Source of the DNA: Okeania sp.
GTDB lineage: Bacteria; Cyanobacteriota; Cyanobacteriia; Cyanobacteriales; Microcoleaceae
Length of the DNA stretch: 12,584 nucleotides
Reading direction: 5' to 3'
Assembly: GCF_035285525.1 (NCBI RefSeq)
Contig: NZ_JAYKGW010000126.1
Span: forward strand, 1 to 12,584
Both the position numbers and the translations under genes were made by a program. Of the stretch, positions 1 through 7,751 are shown one piece after another (positions within the stretch are counted from its first letter, which is position 1; each line of letters begins with the position of its first letter). The notes beneath the pieces were generated by a model, which worked only from the letters and a program-made list of their open reading frames with translations, was not told where the DNA came from and did no database searches.

Positions 1-158
1 GTTGCTCCTAATTTAGCAAATTGAAATTGTTTAATAACTACGTTTTTGTTGGTGTTGATATTTTCAGCTAAATAAGTGACTCTTCCGCCAATATTATTGT
101 GACCAAGTTCTCTAATTATTTGATAGCTTTGGGGATAAAAATTGGGGTGATTATTCAT
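1..158 (-). CDS. Ser/Thr protein kinase-like protein, first 52 codons only (gene runs off the left edge)
   Basis: Minus-strand ATG at 158..156. My translation is MNNHPNFYPQSYQIIRELGHNNIGGRVTYLAENINTNKNVVIKQFQFAKLGA. This has the layout of Hanks kinase subdomains I-II (Y-x-I-I-R-E-L-G ... G-G-x-V-Y-L-A ... V-V-I-K). The glycine loop is atypical (GHNNIGG). It is absent from the ORF track because the window edge truncates it. Confidence 0.5.
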   Translation of the reverse strand, partial: MNNHPNFYPQSYQIIRELGHNNIGGRVTYLAENINTNKNVVIKQFQFAKLGA

Positions 159-489
159 GGGTTTTTAGTAAATATTAAAGAATAGCAAATAGTGCAATTA
201 TTCGATATAGTCTTGATGCTGATATTTTGATCATTCCTTAATTTATTTTAGCTTATATTTTTTTATTTAGCTATGATTTTAACATTTTTAATCTTACATT
301 AATAAGGGTGTTATAGTGATATAAAAAAGCAGTCTTTACCATCAATAAGAGTTATTTAAAAAAATAAAAGTATGGTTTATCAATTGTTACTTAAACATCA
401 TTTATTTTGACTCCTAATAATGTAATGCAATTGATAATTTTTTCAAAGTTGCTACTGTAAGAAATTTGCTGAGAGATAATCATCCAATA

Positions 490-849
490 TTAAGAAAAAG
501 CAGGTCTACTTAAAGTTGCTTTTATACCTGATTCCCAGATTTTCCATAGTTTTTTATCAATCAATTTTAAGTCATGGTACAAAGAATATTCTTCAAAACA
601 TAAATCGAAATACAGTTCCATATAACGGAGAATTTTAATTTTTTCTGCTCTATCAAGATGATTTATATTGAAATGAGAATATAAAATACTTTCAGGTAAA
701 TTTATAATTATCTCTTGATATCTTCTTGTATATTCCCCAATATTTGCGACTAAAAGTTGTTTCTTAACACCTTTATTCTGCGACAAAATACTGAATAAAG
801 ATATAACTAGAGCGATAGTTGCAATAACCTCACTTGGATTGATTTTCAT
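490..849 (-). CDS. hypothetical small membrane-anchored protein (119 aa), AT-rich orphan
   Basis: ATG 849..847, TAA 492..490. One N-terminal hydrophobic helix (VIATIALVISLFSILS) is followed by a charged soluble part. A 119-codon open frame is non-trivial in DNA this AT-rich. There is no clear Shine-Dalgarno sequence and I recognise no family. Confidence 0.4.
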   Translation of the reverse strand: MKINPSEVIATIALVISLFSILSQNKGVKKQLLVANIGEYTRRYQEIIINLPESILYSHFNINHLDRAEKIKILRYMELYFDLCFEEYSLYHDLKLIDKKLWKIWESGIKATLSRPAFS

Positions 850-1222
850 AACTTAATTTATGGAGTAATAAAGTACAATTTTAACTAAAAATTGGTCTGA
901 TTTTCTCTTACGCAGAAAGCATAAGTTTGAATAATTTTGGTCAGTCATAAAAAATTACAAAATTAGCATTGTTTGACCTGAAGCACCCGATCTTCACTTA
1001 AATTCGACTTGAAAAGTTTCAAACAACACAAAAAGCTTAAAAAAAACTTACTACAACTTTTCCTAATTGCTGAACTCGCCAATAAGATTCCCACAACTAA
1101 CAAAATTAATAACTTTTCAACCAACAAAATATTACACTAAGTATTATAATGTAACCATCAATCGAATATGTCAAAATAATCAAGCAAACAACATTACTGA
1201 ACACAATTACGGAGAAAAAACA

Positions 1223-4012
1223 GTGGACTCCAAATATAACCCTGTATCCATTGAACAAAAGTGGCAAAAAAACTGGGCTGAACAAAACCAATATCAAACC
1301 CCCAAAAACAATACCCAACCGAAATTCTACGCTCTATCCATGTTCCCCTACCCATCCGGTAACTTACACATGGGTCATGTTCGTAATTACACCATCACCG
1401 ACGTTATTGCCCGACTCAAACGGATGCAAGGTTATCGTGTCCTGCACCCCATGGGTTGGGACGCTTTTGGACTCCCCGCAGAAAATGCAGCTATTGACCG
1501 GGGTATCCCACCCGCAAAATGGACCCTTCAAAATATTGCCCAAATGAAAGAACAACTAAGACGTTTGGGTTTCTCCATCGACTGGGATAAAGAAGTCGCT
1601 ACCTGCACCCCCGAATACTACCGTTGGACTCAATGGATATTCCTCCAATTTTTCCAAGCTGGTTTGGCCTATCAAAAAGAATCCGCCGTTAACTGGGACC
1701 CCATCGACCAAACCGTATTAGCCAACGAACAAGTAGATGGAGAAGGTCGTTCCTGGCGTTCGGGGGCAAAAGTAGAACGTAAATTGTTGCGTCAGTGGTT
1801 CTTCAAAATTACTGACTATGCCGAACAACTCCTCAATGATTTGGATAAGTTGTCTGGTTGGCCGGAACGAGTTAAACTAATGCAGGCAAACTGGATTGGC
1901 AAATCTGTCGGAGCTTATCTAGAATTTCCTATCGTCGGAATGGATGAAAAAATCGGAGTTTTCACCACCAGACCTGATACTGTCTACGGCGTTAGTTACG
2001 TTGTCTTAGCTCCCGAACATCCTTTGACGGCAAAAGTTACAACCCCCGAACAACAAGTCACTGTCGAAACTTTTATTCAAGAAGTCGCTGCCGAAAGTGA
2101 ACTAGAACGTACTGCCGAAGATAAACCAAAACGTGGCGTTCCCACTGGTGGCAAAGCTATCAATCCATTTAATAACAAAGAAGTTCCTATCTGGATCGCC
2201 GACTATGTACTTTATGAATATGGAACAGGTGCGGTTATGGGAGTACCTGCTCACGATGTTCGGGATTTCCAGTTTGCTAAACAATACGATTTACCCATTA
2301 AAACTGTAATAGTACCTGATGATTCTGATAATGATGACTATGAACTAACAGAAGCATATACCGAAGTTGGGGTGATGGTTAACTCTAGTTCTTTTAATGG
2401 GGAAAAATCTACCTTTGCCAAAAAAGCAATTATTGAACTTGCTGAAGAGGAAGGTTATGGAAAAGGTCGCGTACAATATCGTTTGCGAGATTGGTTGATT
2501 TCTAGACAACGTTATTGGGGCGCACCAATACCTATTATTCACTGTCCGAACTGTGGTGCTGTACCTGTACCGGATGCAGATTTGCCTGTGAAGTTGCCGG
2601 AAGATGTAGAATTTTCTGGTCGCGGCCCCTCACCGTTGGCAAAATTAGAAGATTGGGTGAATGTTCCTTGTCCGAGTTGTGGTACGACCGCAAAACGGGA
2701 GACTGATACGATGGATACTTTTATTGATTCGTCTTGGTATTATTTGCGTTATCCGGATGCGACAAATGAGGAGCAAGTGTTTGATTCGGAAATTGTAAAT
2801 GACTGGTTGCCTGTAGATCAATATGTGGGTGGTATCGAACACGCAATTTTGCATTTATTGTATTCCCGATTTTTTACTAAAGTTTTGCGCGATCGCGGCT
2901 TGTGTAATTTTGATGAACCTTTCGAGCGTTTATTAACTCAGGGAATGGTGCAAGGTATTACTTATAAAAATCCGGTGACTAATAAGTACATTCCGTTTAC
3001 AGATGTGAATCCGGAAGAACCGAAAGATCCGAAAACTGGGGATAAGTTGGAAGTTTTCTTTGAGAAAATGTCTAAATCTAAATATAACGGTGTCGATCCT
3101 TTGGAGGTAATGGCAAAATATGGTGCAGACACGGCGCGGATGTTTATTTTGTTTAAAGCACCACCGGAAAAAGATTTAGAGTGGGATGATGCTGATGTAC
3201 AAGGACAGTTTCGTTTTCTGAACCGAGTTTGGACTTTGGTAACGGAGTTTGCTGCCAATCATAGTTTGAGTCAGTTGAAGGTAAAAAATAATGGTATTAC
3301 TCAAGCAGAGTTGAAAGATTTAGGTTGGTCTCGGTATTTGATTACTGAAATCACGAAAAATCTTTCTGCATTTAAGTTGAGAAATGTGGTAAAGGTTTAT
3401 GCTATTAGTGATGTCAAAATGGCAATAGAAGCGAAATTTAATAATCCCGAAACTCAGCAAGAAACTAAGGATGATTTGCATAAAGGTTTAACTTTGATAG
3501 AAAGTAACTCTGATGGAGAGTTAAATAAAGCAGAGAAAGATGTCCGACGTGCGGTGCATACTGCTATCAAGGAAGTAACAGAAGATTTAGATGGAGATTA
3601 TCAATTTAATACTGCTGTTTCAGAGTTAATGAAATTGAGTAATGCTCTCAGTGATGCTAGTTGCAAAAATTCTCCTATTTACGCTGAAGGTTTGGAAACT
3701 TTGCTCTTGTTGTTAGCACCGTTTGCACCACATCTGACTGAGGAGTTGTGGGAACTTGCTGGTAATATTGGTTCCGTGCATATTCATCCTTGGCCGAAAT
3801 TTGACCCAGAAGCATTAGTGGTAGATGAGATCACATTGGTGATTCAGATTAAAGGTAAAACTAGAGGAACTATTCAGGTACCAGCAAAAGCAGATAAAGA
3901 AACTTTGGAAAAGTTGGCACGAGAGTCAGATGTTGGAAAGCGTAACTTGGAGGGTAAAGAGATTAAGAAAGTGATTGTGGTTCCTGGAAAGTTGGTTAAT
4001 TTTGTAGTTTGA
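1223..4012 (+). CDS. leuS: leucine--tRNA ligase (LeuRS)
   Basis: Class I HIGH motif (HMGHVRNY), KMSKS motif ([10 protein letters not shown]), a CP1 editing region and a LeuRS-type C-terminus ([10 protein letters not shown]). The conserved N-terminus [16 protein letters not shown] starts just after an in-frame GTG at 1223, which is preceded by GGAG at 1211-1214. The ORF-track start (TTG 1067) adds 52 low-complexity residues with no internal ATG. The product call is very confident; the start is about 0.6. Confidence 0.93.
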   Translation: MDSKYNPVSIEQKWQKNWAEQNQYQTPKNNTQPKFYALSMFPYPSGNLHMGHVRNYTITDVIARLKRMQGYRVLHPMGWDAFGLPAENAAIDRGIPPAKWTLQNIAQMKEQLRRLGFSIDWDKEVATCTPEYYRWTQWIFLQFFQAGLAYQKESAVNWDPIDQTVLANEQVDGEGRSWRSGAKVERKLLRQWFFKITDYAEQLLNDLDKLSGWPERVKLMQANWIGKSVGAYLEFPIVGMDEKIGVFTTRPDTVYGVSYVVLAPEHPLTAKVTTPEQQVTVETFIQEVAAESELERTAEDKPKRGVPTGGKAINPFNNKEVPIWIADYVLYEYGTGAVMGVPAHDVRDFQFAKQYDLPIKTVIVPDDSDNDDYELTEAYTEVGVMVNSSSFNGEKSTFAKKAIIELAEEEGYGKGRVQYRLRDWLISRQRYWGAPIPIIHCPNCGAVPVPDADLPVKLPEDVEFSGRGPSPLAKLEDWVNVPCPSCGTTAKRETDTMDTFIDSSWYYLRYPDATNEEQVFDSEIVNDWLPVDQYVGGIEHAILHLLYSRFFTKVLRDRGLCNFDEPFERLLTQGMVQGITYKNPVTNKYIPFTDVNPEEPKDPKTGDKLEVFFEKMSKSKYNGVDPLEVMAKYGADTARMFILFKAPPEKDLEWDDADVQGQFRFLNRVWTLVTEFAANHSLSQLKVKNNGITQAELKDLGWSRYLITEITKNLSAFKLRNVVKVYAISDVKMAIEAKFNNPETQQETKDDLHKGLTLIESNSDGELNKAEKDVRRAVHTAIKEVTEDLDGDYQFNTAVSELMKLSNALSDASCKNSPIYAEGLETLLLLLAPFAPHLTEELWELAGNIGSVHIHPWPKFDPEALVVDEITLVIQIKGKTRGTIQVPAKADKETLEKLARESDVGKRNLEGKEIKKVIVVPGKLVNFVV

Positions 4013-4067
4013 TAAAATAGGGAGATGGGAGATTTTTCAGTTATCAGTTAAGTAGGTTAAGTGTTTC

Positions 4068-4100
4068 AGAAACCCGGTTTTTCTAAAAAACCGGGTTTCT
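4068..4100 (+). terminator. near-perfect 33-nt palindrome AGAAACCCGGTTTTT-CTA-AAAAACCGGGTTTCT 56 nt after the leuS stop; candidate terminator or dispersed palindromic repeat
   Basis: A 15-bp stem (4068-4082 with 4086-4100) and a 3-nt loop. A third half-copy AAAAACCGGGTTTCT lies at 4108-4122. There is no clean U-tract after the full stem, so terminator function is uncertain. Confidence 0.4.
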
Positions 4101-4173
4101 AACTGGGAAAAACCGGGTTTCTAATTGTAAATTTTTTCACCTACCTATTTACTCATCTCAGTATTAACAAAAT

Positions 4174-4201
4174 GTTGGGTTTCGGAGTCCCTCAACCCAA
4201 C
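4174..4201. repeat. small GC-rich palindromic element GTTGGGTT-N12-AACCCAAC
   Basis: An 8-bp inverted repeat read directly from the sequence. It has the same style as the elements at 6311-6387 and 7696-7751. Confidence 0.55.
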
Positions 4202-4333
4202 CTACCCCTGCTTTTTCTTAGCTTTGACTTTTTTCTAAGGAAGGCAACTTTTGTAGTAAGTAAAACAGTTAATAAAGCTTTGATTCTAAACTAAAAGCAA
4301 TAGCTGTTAACACAGTTACGATCCAGGAGGCTA

Positions 4334-4357
4334 GCTGATGGCTGATGGCTGACGGCT
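4334..4357. repeat. STRR-type heptamer array (GCTGATG GCTGATG GCTGACG GCT)
   Basis: Three and a half 7-nt units, embedded in a copy (reverse orientation) of the GTAAGCAT-CAGC element family seen at 10652-11410. Confidence 0.6.
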
Positions 4358-4613
4358 AAATGCTCACATATTAACAAATAAATTTGAAGAAACAATTATT
4401 TGACATTTTTATAGATATAATTTTAGACTCTATCCTAACCACTCTTCAACTTAAAAAAATATCTGAAGATAACACAATCTTTCACTTATAACGGCAATTA
4501 TAAACCATAGTTAGTCCAGAATATACAAAAGTAATTAAGCAACTAAGTCAAATTTGTGATAAAACGATAGAATTATAAGCCATAGTATCTGACCACATAA
4601 TCTGAAAATTACC

Positions 4614-4854
4614 ATGAGTGAAACAAACAACGAATTAGTCGAAAATATGCCCAGGGAACAAAGAGTTGGACAACTACGCAACTTAATTGAAACCTTGCAT
4701 ATAGCTGATGAAGTGGCCAGCAAAGGCTATCTAATCACTAGCTCTGAACTGGCAGACTTAATGGACATCAATGCTAGTGCAGTTACTAGCCGTGGAGACC
4801 ATTGGGTATGGCGCAACTGGGTTGTGTCTAGAGTTCGTCGTGAAGGAAACCAAA
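4614..4854 (+). CDS. exon 1 of a small (89 aa when spliced) HTH-like conserved hypothetical protein interrupted by a group II intron
   Basis: ATG at 4614. Translation is MSETNNELVENMPREQRVGQLRNLIETLHIADEVASKGYLITSSELADLMDINASAVTSRGDHWVWRNWVVSRVRREGNQ. The stretch ITSSELADLMDINASAVTSRG looks like a helix-turn-helix. The ORF-track tail SAIRFC-stop (to 4874) is read-through into the intron, which starts with GTGCG at 4855. Confidence 0.7.
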
Positions 4855-4918
4855 GTGCGATTCGTTTCTGCTAAAAATTATGGTCATGTAGCACTACGTA
4901 AATAGGTTAGGACATTTA

Positions 4919-5278
4919 TAAATGCTCAAACTAAGTCAGGAATTATTTTTGACTTTTGACTTTTAACTTGCCCGTAGGAAATAGTTGAAGACATTTATCA
5001 ATCAGGATTTACCCATAGACCACATATATAGTGTCAAAAACTATAACGTTATAGTTTTTAAACTCCACATATAGTAGCTTTGCGTAAGTTCTGTAAATGC
5101 TCAAACTAAGTCAGGAATTATTTTTGACTTTTGACTTTTAACTTGCCCGTAGGAAATAGTTGAGGACATTTATAAATCAGGATTTACCCATAGACCTATA
5201 TATATAGTAGCTTTGCGTAAGTTCTGTAAATGCTCAAACTAAGTCAGAGATTAATGCATGACTTTTGAATTTTAACTT
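4919..5278 (+). repeat. degenerate tandem array (units start at 4919, 5094 and 5227; periods 175 and 133 nt) inside the intron 5' region
   Basis: Each unit starts TAAATGCTCAAACTAAGTCAG and ends GACTTTTGA(C/A)TTTTAACTT. That end is followed by GCCCGTAGGAAATAGT (4970, 5145) or by GTGCGTAGCGCTATAGT (5279). Unit 1 carries an extra 24-nt perfect palindrome AAAAACTATAACGTTATAGTTTTT (5036-5059) flanked by CCACATATA(TA)GT direct repeats. Confidence 0.85.
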
Positions 5279-5355
5279 GTGCGTAGCGCTATAGTACCAA
5301 AATGTGAGCAGAGTAAGGCCATTAGCCTTATAACTAAATGACCTTGGAGGTGAGA

Positions 5356-5362
5356 TTCCTTC
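5356..5362 (+). other. candidate EBS2 (TTCCTTC)
   Basis: Exact reverse complement of exon-1 nucleotides 4842-4848 (GAAGGAA). It lies in the loop of an imperfect hairpin (ACCTTGGAGG ... CCGCCCAGGT). Its distance to EBS1 (about 230 nt) is larger than usual, so this call is tentative. Confidence 0.45.
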
Positions 5363-5590
5363 CGCCCAGGTGCAGGGTTGACAGCATCACCCCTACGGTA
5401 GCGACTAGCCATCAATCCGTAAAGCGGGGTGAAAAGGTGGTAAAGCTAACAGCTTAAGTTGGTTCCCATCAAGCAAAATACCCATTGGATAGCTATAGTG
5501 CGAAGATGTGAGAGAAGCGTCGTCACGTTCAACCAGTGAAATAAGCTGTGGCACTGGAGCCAAAAGGCAAAGGATAGGGAGTTAGCGAGA

Positions 5591-5597
5591 TTTGGTT
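5591..5597 (+). other. candidate EBS1 (TTTGGTT) in a hairpin loop
   Basis: Exact reverse complement of the last 7 nt of exon 1 (AACCAAA, 4848-4854). It is presented in a 15-nt loop closed by GTTAG (5581-5585) and CTAAC (5601-5605). Confidence 0.7.
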
Positions 5598-5701
5598 CGA
5601 CTAACCAGCACTTCCCCTAAACCCGGCGCAAAGCATCATCCTAAAGGTATATAAATAAGGTCATTTGGAACGAAGTAACCCATGAAAAACTCTTTTTTTG
5701 A

Positions 5702-5764
5702 GCTTTCAGCAATCAGCTTTCAGCAGAAGAAGTCAGAAGTCATAAGTCAGAAGTCAGAAGTTAA
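5702..5764. repeat. in-phase heptamer (STRR) array: GCTTTCA GCAATCA GCTTTCA GCAGAAG AAGTCAG AAGTCAT AAGTCAG AAGTCAG AAGTTAA
   Basis: Nine consecutive 7-nt units read directly from the sequence, located within the intron upstream of the IEP ORF. Confidence 0.8.
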
Positions 5765-5784
5765 ATTCTTGCTGTGACTATACC

Positions 5785-5843
5785 TGATTGCTGATAACTA
5801 AAAAAGCTGTTAACTAAAAAAGCTGATAACTGATAACTGAATC
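5785..5843. repeat. CTGATAA-type heptamer repeats interleaved with CTAAAAAAG
   Basis: The sequence reads CTGATTG CTGATAA CTAAAAAAG CTGTTAA CTAAAAAAG CTGATAA CTGATAA CTGAATC. Confidence 0.7.
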
Positions 5844-5900
5844 AAGTAGGTGCTAACCGTATGTTTGATTGGGAGGGATTGTGTCAGAAGCAAAAGCACT

Positions 5901-5949
5901 TAATGGATAATGAGTAATGAATAATGAATAATGAATAATGAATAATGAG
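5901..5949. repeat. heptamer array TAATGAA x7 (with variants TAATGGA and TAATGAG)
   Basis: Seven in-phase 7-nt units. Confidence 0.85.
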
Positions 5950-5992
5950 TAGTTTTCACTACTCTAATTATAAATTAGACAACCTCTGGGTG

Positions 5993-6034
5993 TTAATTAT
6001 TAATTATTAATTATTAATTATTAATTATCAATTT
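5993..6034. repeat. heptamer array TTAATTA x5 plus a degenerate sixth unit
   Basis: Units fall at 5993, 6000, 6007, 6014 and 6021, then TCAATTT. The array ends about 60 nt before the IEP start codon. Confidence 0.85.
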
Positions 6035-6092
6035 AGGGTATGCAGACGGACACACGGTGATTAGGAATGTAGAGTTTGAGTAAGTAATATAT

Positions 6093-7586
6093 ATGTCTAA
6101 TACGAGTTTAAAGACTACGGGGGAATGGAAGGAATGGCGCAATATTAACTGGTTAAAGGTTGAGCGTCGAGTCTTCAAGTTACAAAAAAGAATCTACAAT
6201 GCCTCTCAACGTGGTGATGTTATTGCAGTTCGTAAACTCCAAAAAATGTTGCTCAAATCCTGGTATGGCAAGTTGTTAGCCGTGCGCAGTAGTTTATCTA
6301 GATTAAAACCTAACCCCCCAACCCCCTTAAGTGATACCGTTGGGGGAGAAAGGCTCCCCTCTCCTTGCAGGAAAGGGGTTGGGGAAGAAGTATTCATTTC
6401 TGAAACTTACCCACAAAATAAATCTAGACATCCTAGTAGGGTTAATCAAAGTAGCCAGGGTGAAAAAATAGCTGCAGTTGGTAGTATGAAATCATTGTCT
6501 CCAGAAAAATGTTTTGCCTTGGCGAAAAGATTGAAACTAAATAAGAAAGTTAAACCTGTAACCAGCACTGTTGAAGACTTTGCCAGGCAAATACTTGTCA
6601 AGATAGCTCTAGAAAAACAATGGGAACCCAAGTTTCATATTGATTCTCATGGGTTGATGCTAGGGAAATCATGTCAGGATACTATAGAAGCAATTGTTAA
6701 TTGTGTCAAGTTTCAGCCTAAATATGTACTTAAAGCTGATATCACTAACTGTTTTGACTGTCTTGACAATGAACAACTTTTACAAAAATTAGATACCTAT
6801 CCGACTTTACGCAAACAAATTAGGGTTTGGTTAAAAGATAGGAAAAAGTTGTTTTTAACAGATGAAGTTATTTCTCCACTACTGGTAAATATAGTTTTCT
6901 TTGGTATAGAAAAACAAATCAAATATTATGCTGAAACACTTAATAATAAATGTGAAAGTTTAAGTTTGATTCGTTATGGAAATAGCTTGGCGATCGCTCA
7001 CAAAAATATTGAGGTAATTCAAAAGTGCCAAGATATAATTACAGAATATTTATCTGAATTATTTGGGGAATTAAAGCCAAGTCAAATCAGAATTTATCAC
7101 ACACTAAATAAGTGTGGTGAAGAAAAAGCTGGATTTGAGTTTTTAGGATTTAATATCAGACAATATCAGGTGAGTAAAAACCAAAGTAAGCTAGGTTTTC
7201 AAACCAAAATTAAACCAAGTAAGGAAAGTATCAAAATTCATTATTGTCAAATTGCTGAGGTGATAGATAAACATAAATCTGCACCACAAATTGCCTTAAT
7301 CAGAAAACTCAATCCTCTTGTAAAAAATTGGGTAAATTATTACTCAAAATTTGTGAGTAAGAAAACTTTCCACGATGTGGATAGTTTAATATTCCAAAAA
7401 CTTTGGGTTTGGGCAAAAAGAAGACATTCTAATAAAAATAACCATTGGATTTGTCAAAAATATTGGCAAACTATTGAGGGGAAAAATAGGGAATTTTCTG
7501 GTAGTAGCAAGAATGGCAATCAAGTTAGATTATTGAGACACGGAGACTGGATTTATTGGAGCAAAAAAAAGGCACTGAATATTTAA
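6093..7586 (+). CDS. group II intron-encoded protein with a degenerate RT domain (maturase-like, probably RT-inactive, no En domain)
   Basis: RT-0-like N-terminus: WKEWRNINWLKVERRVFKLQKRIYNASQRGDVIAVRKLQKMLLKSWYGKLLAVR. Remnants of RT2-RT7: ILVKIALEKQWEPKF, KYVLKADITNCFD, VISPLLVNI, SLIRYGNSLAIAH, FEFLGFNIRQY. Well-kept domain X: LIRKLNPLVKNWVNYYS ... LWVWAKRRH. The ORF sits in the intron between domains I-III and V. Confidence 0.85.
   Translation: MSNTSLKTTGEWKEWRNINWLKVERRVFKLQKRIYNASQRGDVIAVRKLQKMLLKSWYGKLLAVRSSLSRLKPNPPTPLSDTVGGERLPSPCRKGVGEEVFISETYPQNKSRHPSRVNQSSQGEKIAAVGSMKSLSPEKCFALAKRLKLNKKVKPVTSTVEDFARQILVKIALEKQWEPKFHIDSHGLMLGKSCQDTIEAIVNCVKFQPKYVLKADITNCFDCLDNEQLLQKLDTYPTLRKQIRVWLKDRKKLFLTDEVISPLLVNIVFFGIEKQIKYYAETLNNKCESLSLIRYGNSLAIAHKNIEVIQKCQDIITEYLSELFGELKPSQIRIYHTLNKCGEEKAGFEFLGFNIRQYQVSKNQSKLGFQTKIKPSKESIKIHYCQIAEVIDKHKSAPQIALIRKLNPLVKNWVNYYSKFVSKKTFHDVDSLIFQKLWVWAKRRHSNKNNHWICQKYWQTIEGKNREFSGSSKNGNQVRLLRHGDWIYWSKKKALNI
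6297..6428. repeat. 126-nt in-frame insertion in the IEP gene, bounded by TCTAGA direct repeats and containing a GC-rich palindromic element
   Basis: TCTAGA occurs at 6297-6302 and 6423-6428, which is 126 nt or 42 codons apart. Inside, CCCCAACCCCCTT (about 6316-6328) pairs with AAGGGGTTGGGG (6373-6384), and there is an inner hairpin GGGGAG-AAAGG-CTCCCC. The insertion splits the conserved ...LLAVR | RVNQ... junction of RT-0. Confidence 0.6.
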
Positions 7587-7695
7587 TTCAAAAGATAAAA
7601 ATAGGACTTAAACAACTAAATAATAAATGGAGTTTATTCTCCTAATTATTATTTTTCTAGTTATAGTAATCCTAAATAGGTTGTAAGATTTTATC

Positions 7696-7751
7696 GTAGG
7701 GGTTTGGAGACCAAACCCAAGCGCCAATGGATTTGGAAACCAAACCCCTAC
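7696..7751. repeat. GC-rich multi-hairpin palindromic element GTAGGGGTTTGG ... CCAAACCCCTAC in the intron 3' of the IEP ORF
   Basis: A 12-bp terminal inverted repeat (7696-7707 with 7740-7751). Inner hairpins are GGTTTGG-AGA-CCAAACC and TTTGG-AAA-CCAAA. Confidence 0.65.

Noticed and set aside
1067-1222. N-terminal 52-aa extension of LeuRS as given in the ORF track (TTG start).
   Set aside because: The extension is low-complexity and lies upstream of the conserved LeuRS N-terminus. It has no ATG. An in-frame GTG with a GGAG at proper spacing sits exactly where homologous LeuRS proteins begin.
1106-3258. Short ORFs on the opposite strand or in alternative frames of leuS (for example 1106..1318, 1251..1547, 2962..3258). 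The same applies to those inside the mscS-family gene (9072..10145) and the IEP gene (6206..6631).
   Set aside because: They are shadow ORFs inside well-supported genes and have no independent signals.
3262-3530. LeuRS insertion as a CAAD membrane-anchoring domain (known in some cyanobacterial aaRS).
   Set aside because: CAAD has two hydrophobic transmembrane helices. This insertion is charged and amphipathic with no hydrophobic stretch.
4400-4430. TTGACA at 4400-4405 as a -35 box for the small HTH-like gene.
   Set aside because: The nearest TATAAT (4416-4421) is only 10 nt away. No acceptable -10 exists at 16-18 nt spacing, so I cannot support a promoter call.
4855-4874. C-terminal SAIRFC tail of the 86-aa ORF 4614..4874.
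   Set aside because: It is read-through into the intron, which begins with GTGCG at 4855. The spliced frame continues into exon 2 at 7991.
5589-5606. GGTTCGA T-loop-like motif suggesting a tRNA.
   Set aside because: No acceptor, D or anticodon arms can be drawn around it. It lies in the EBS1 hairpin loop of intron domain I.
6093-7586. RT as part of a retron, DGR or defence-associated RT system.
   Set aside because: The ORF is embedded between recognisable group II ribozyme domains, has a maturase X domain, and its catalytic YADD is lost. I found no template/variable repeat pair or msr/msd-like inverted repeats.
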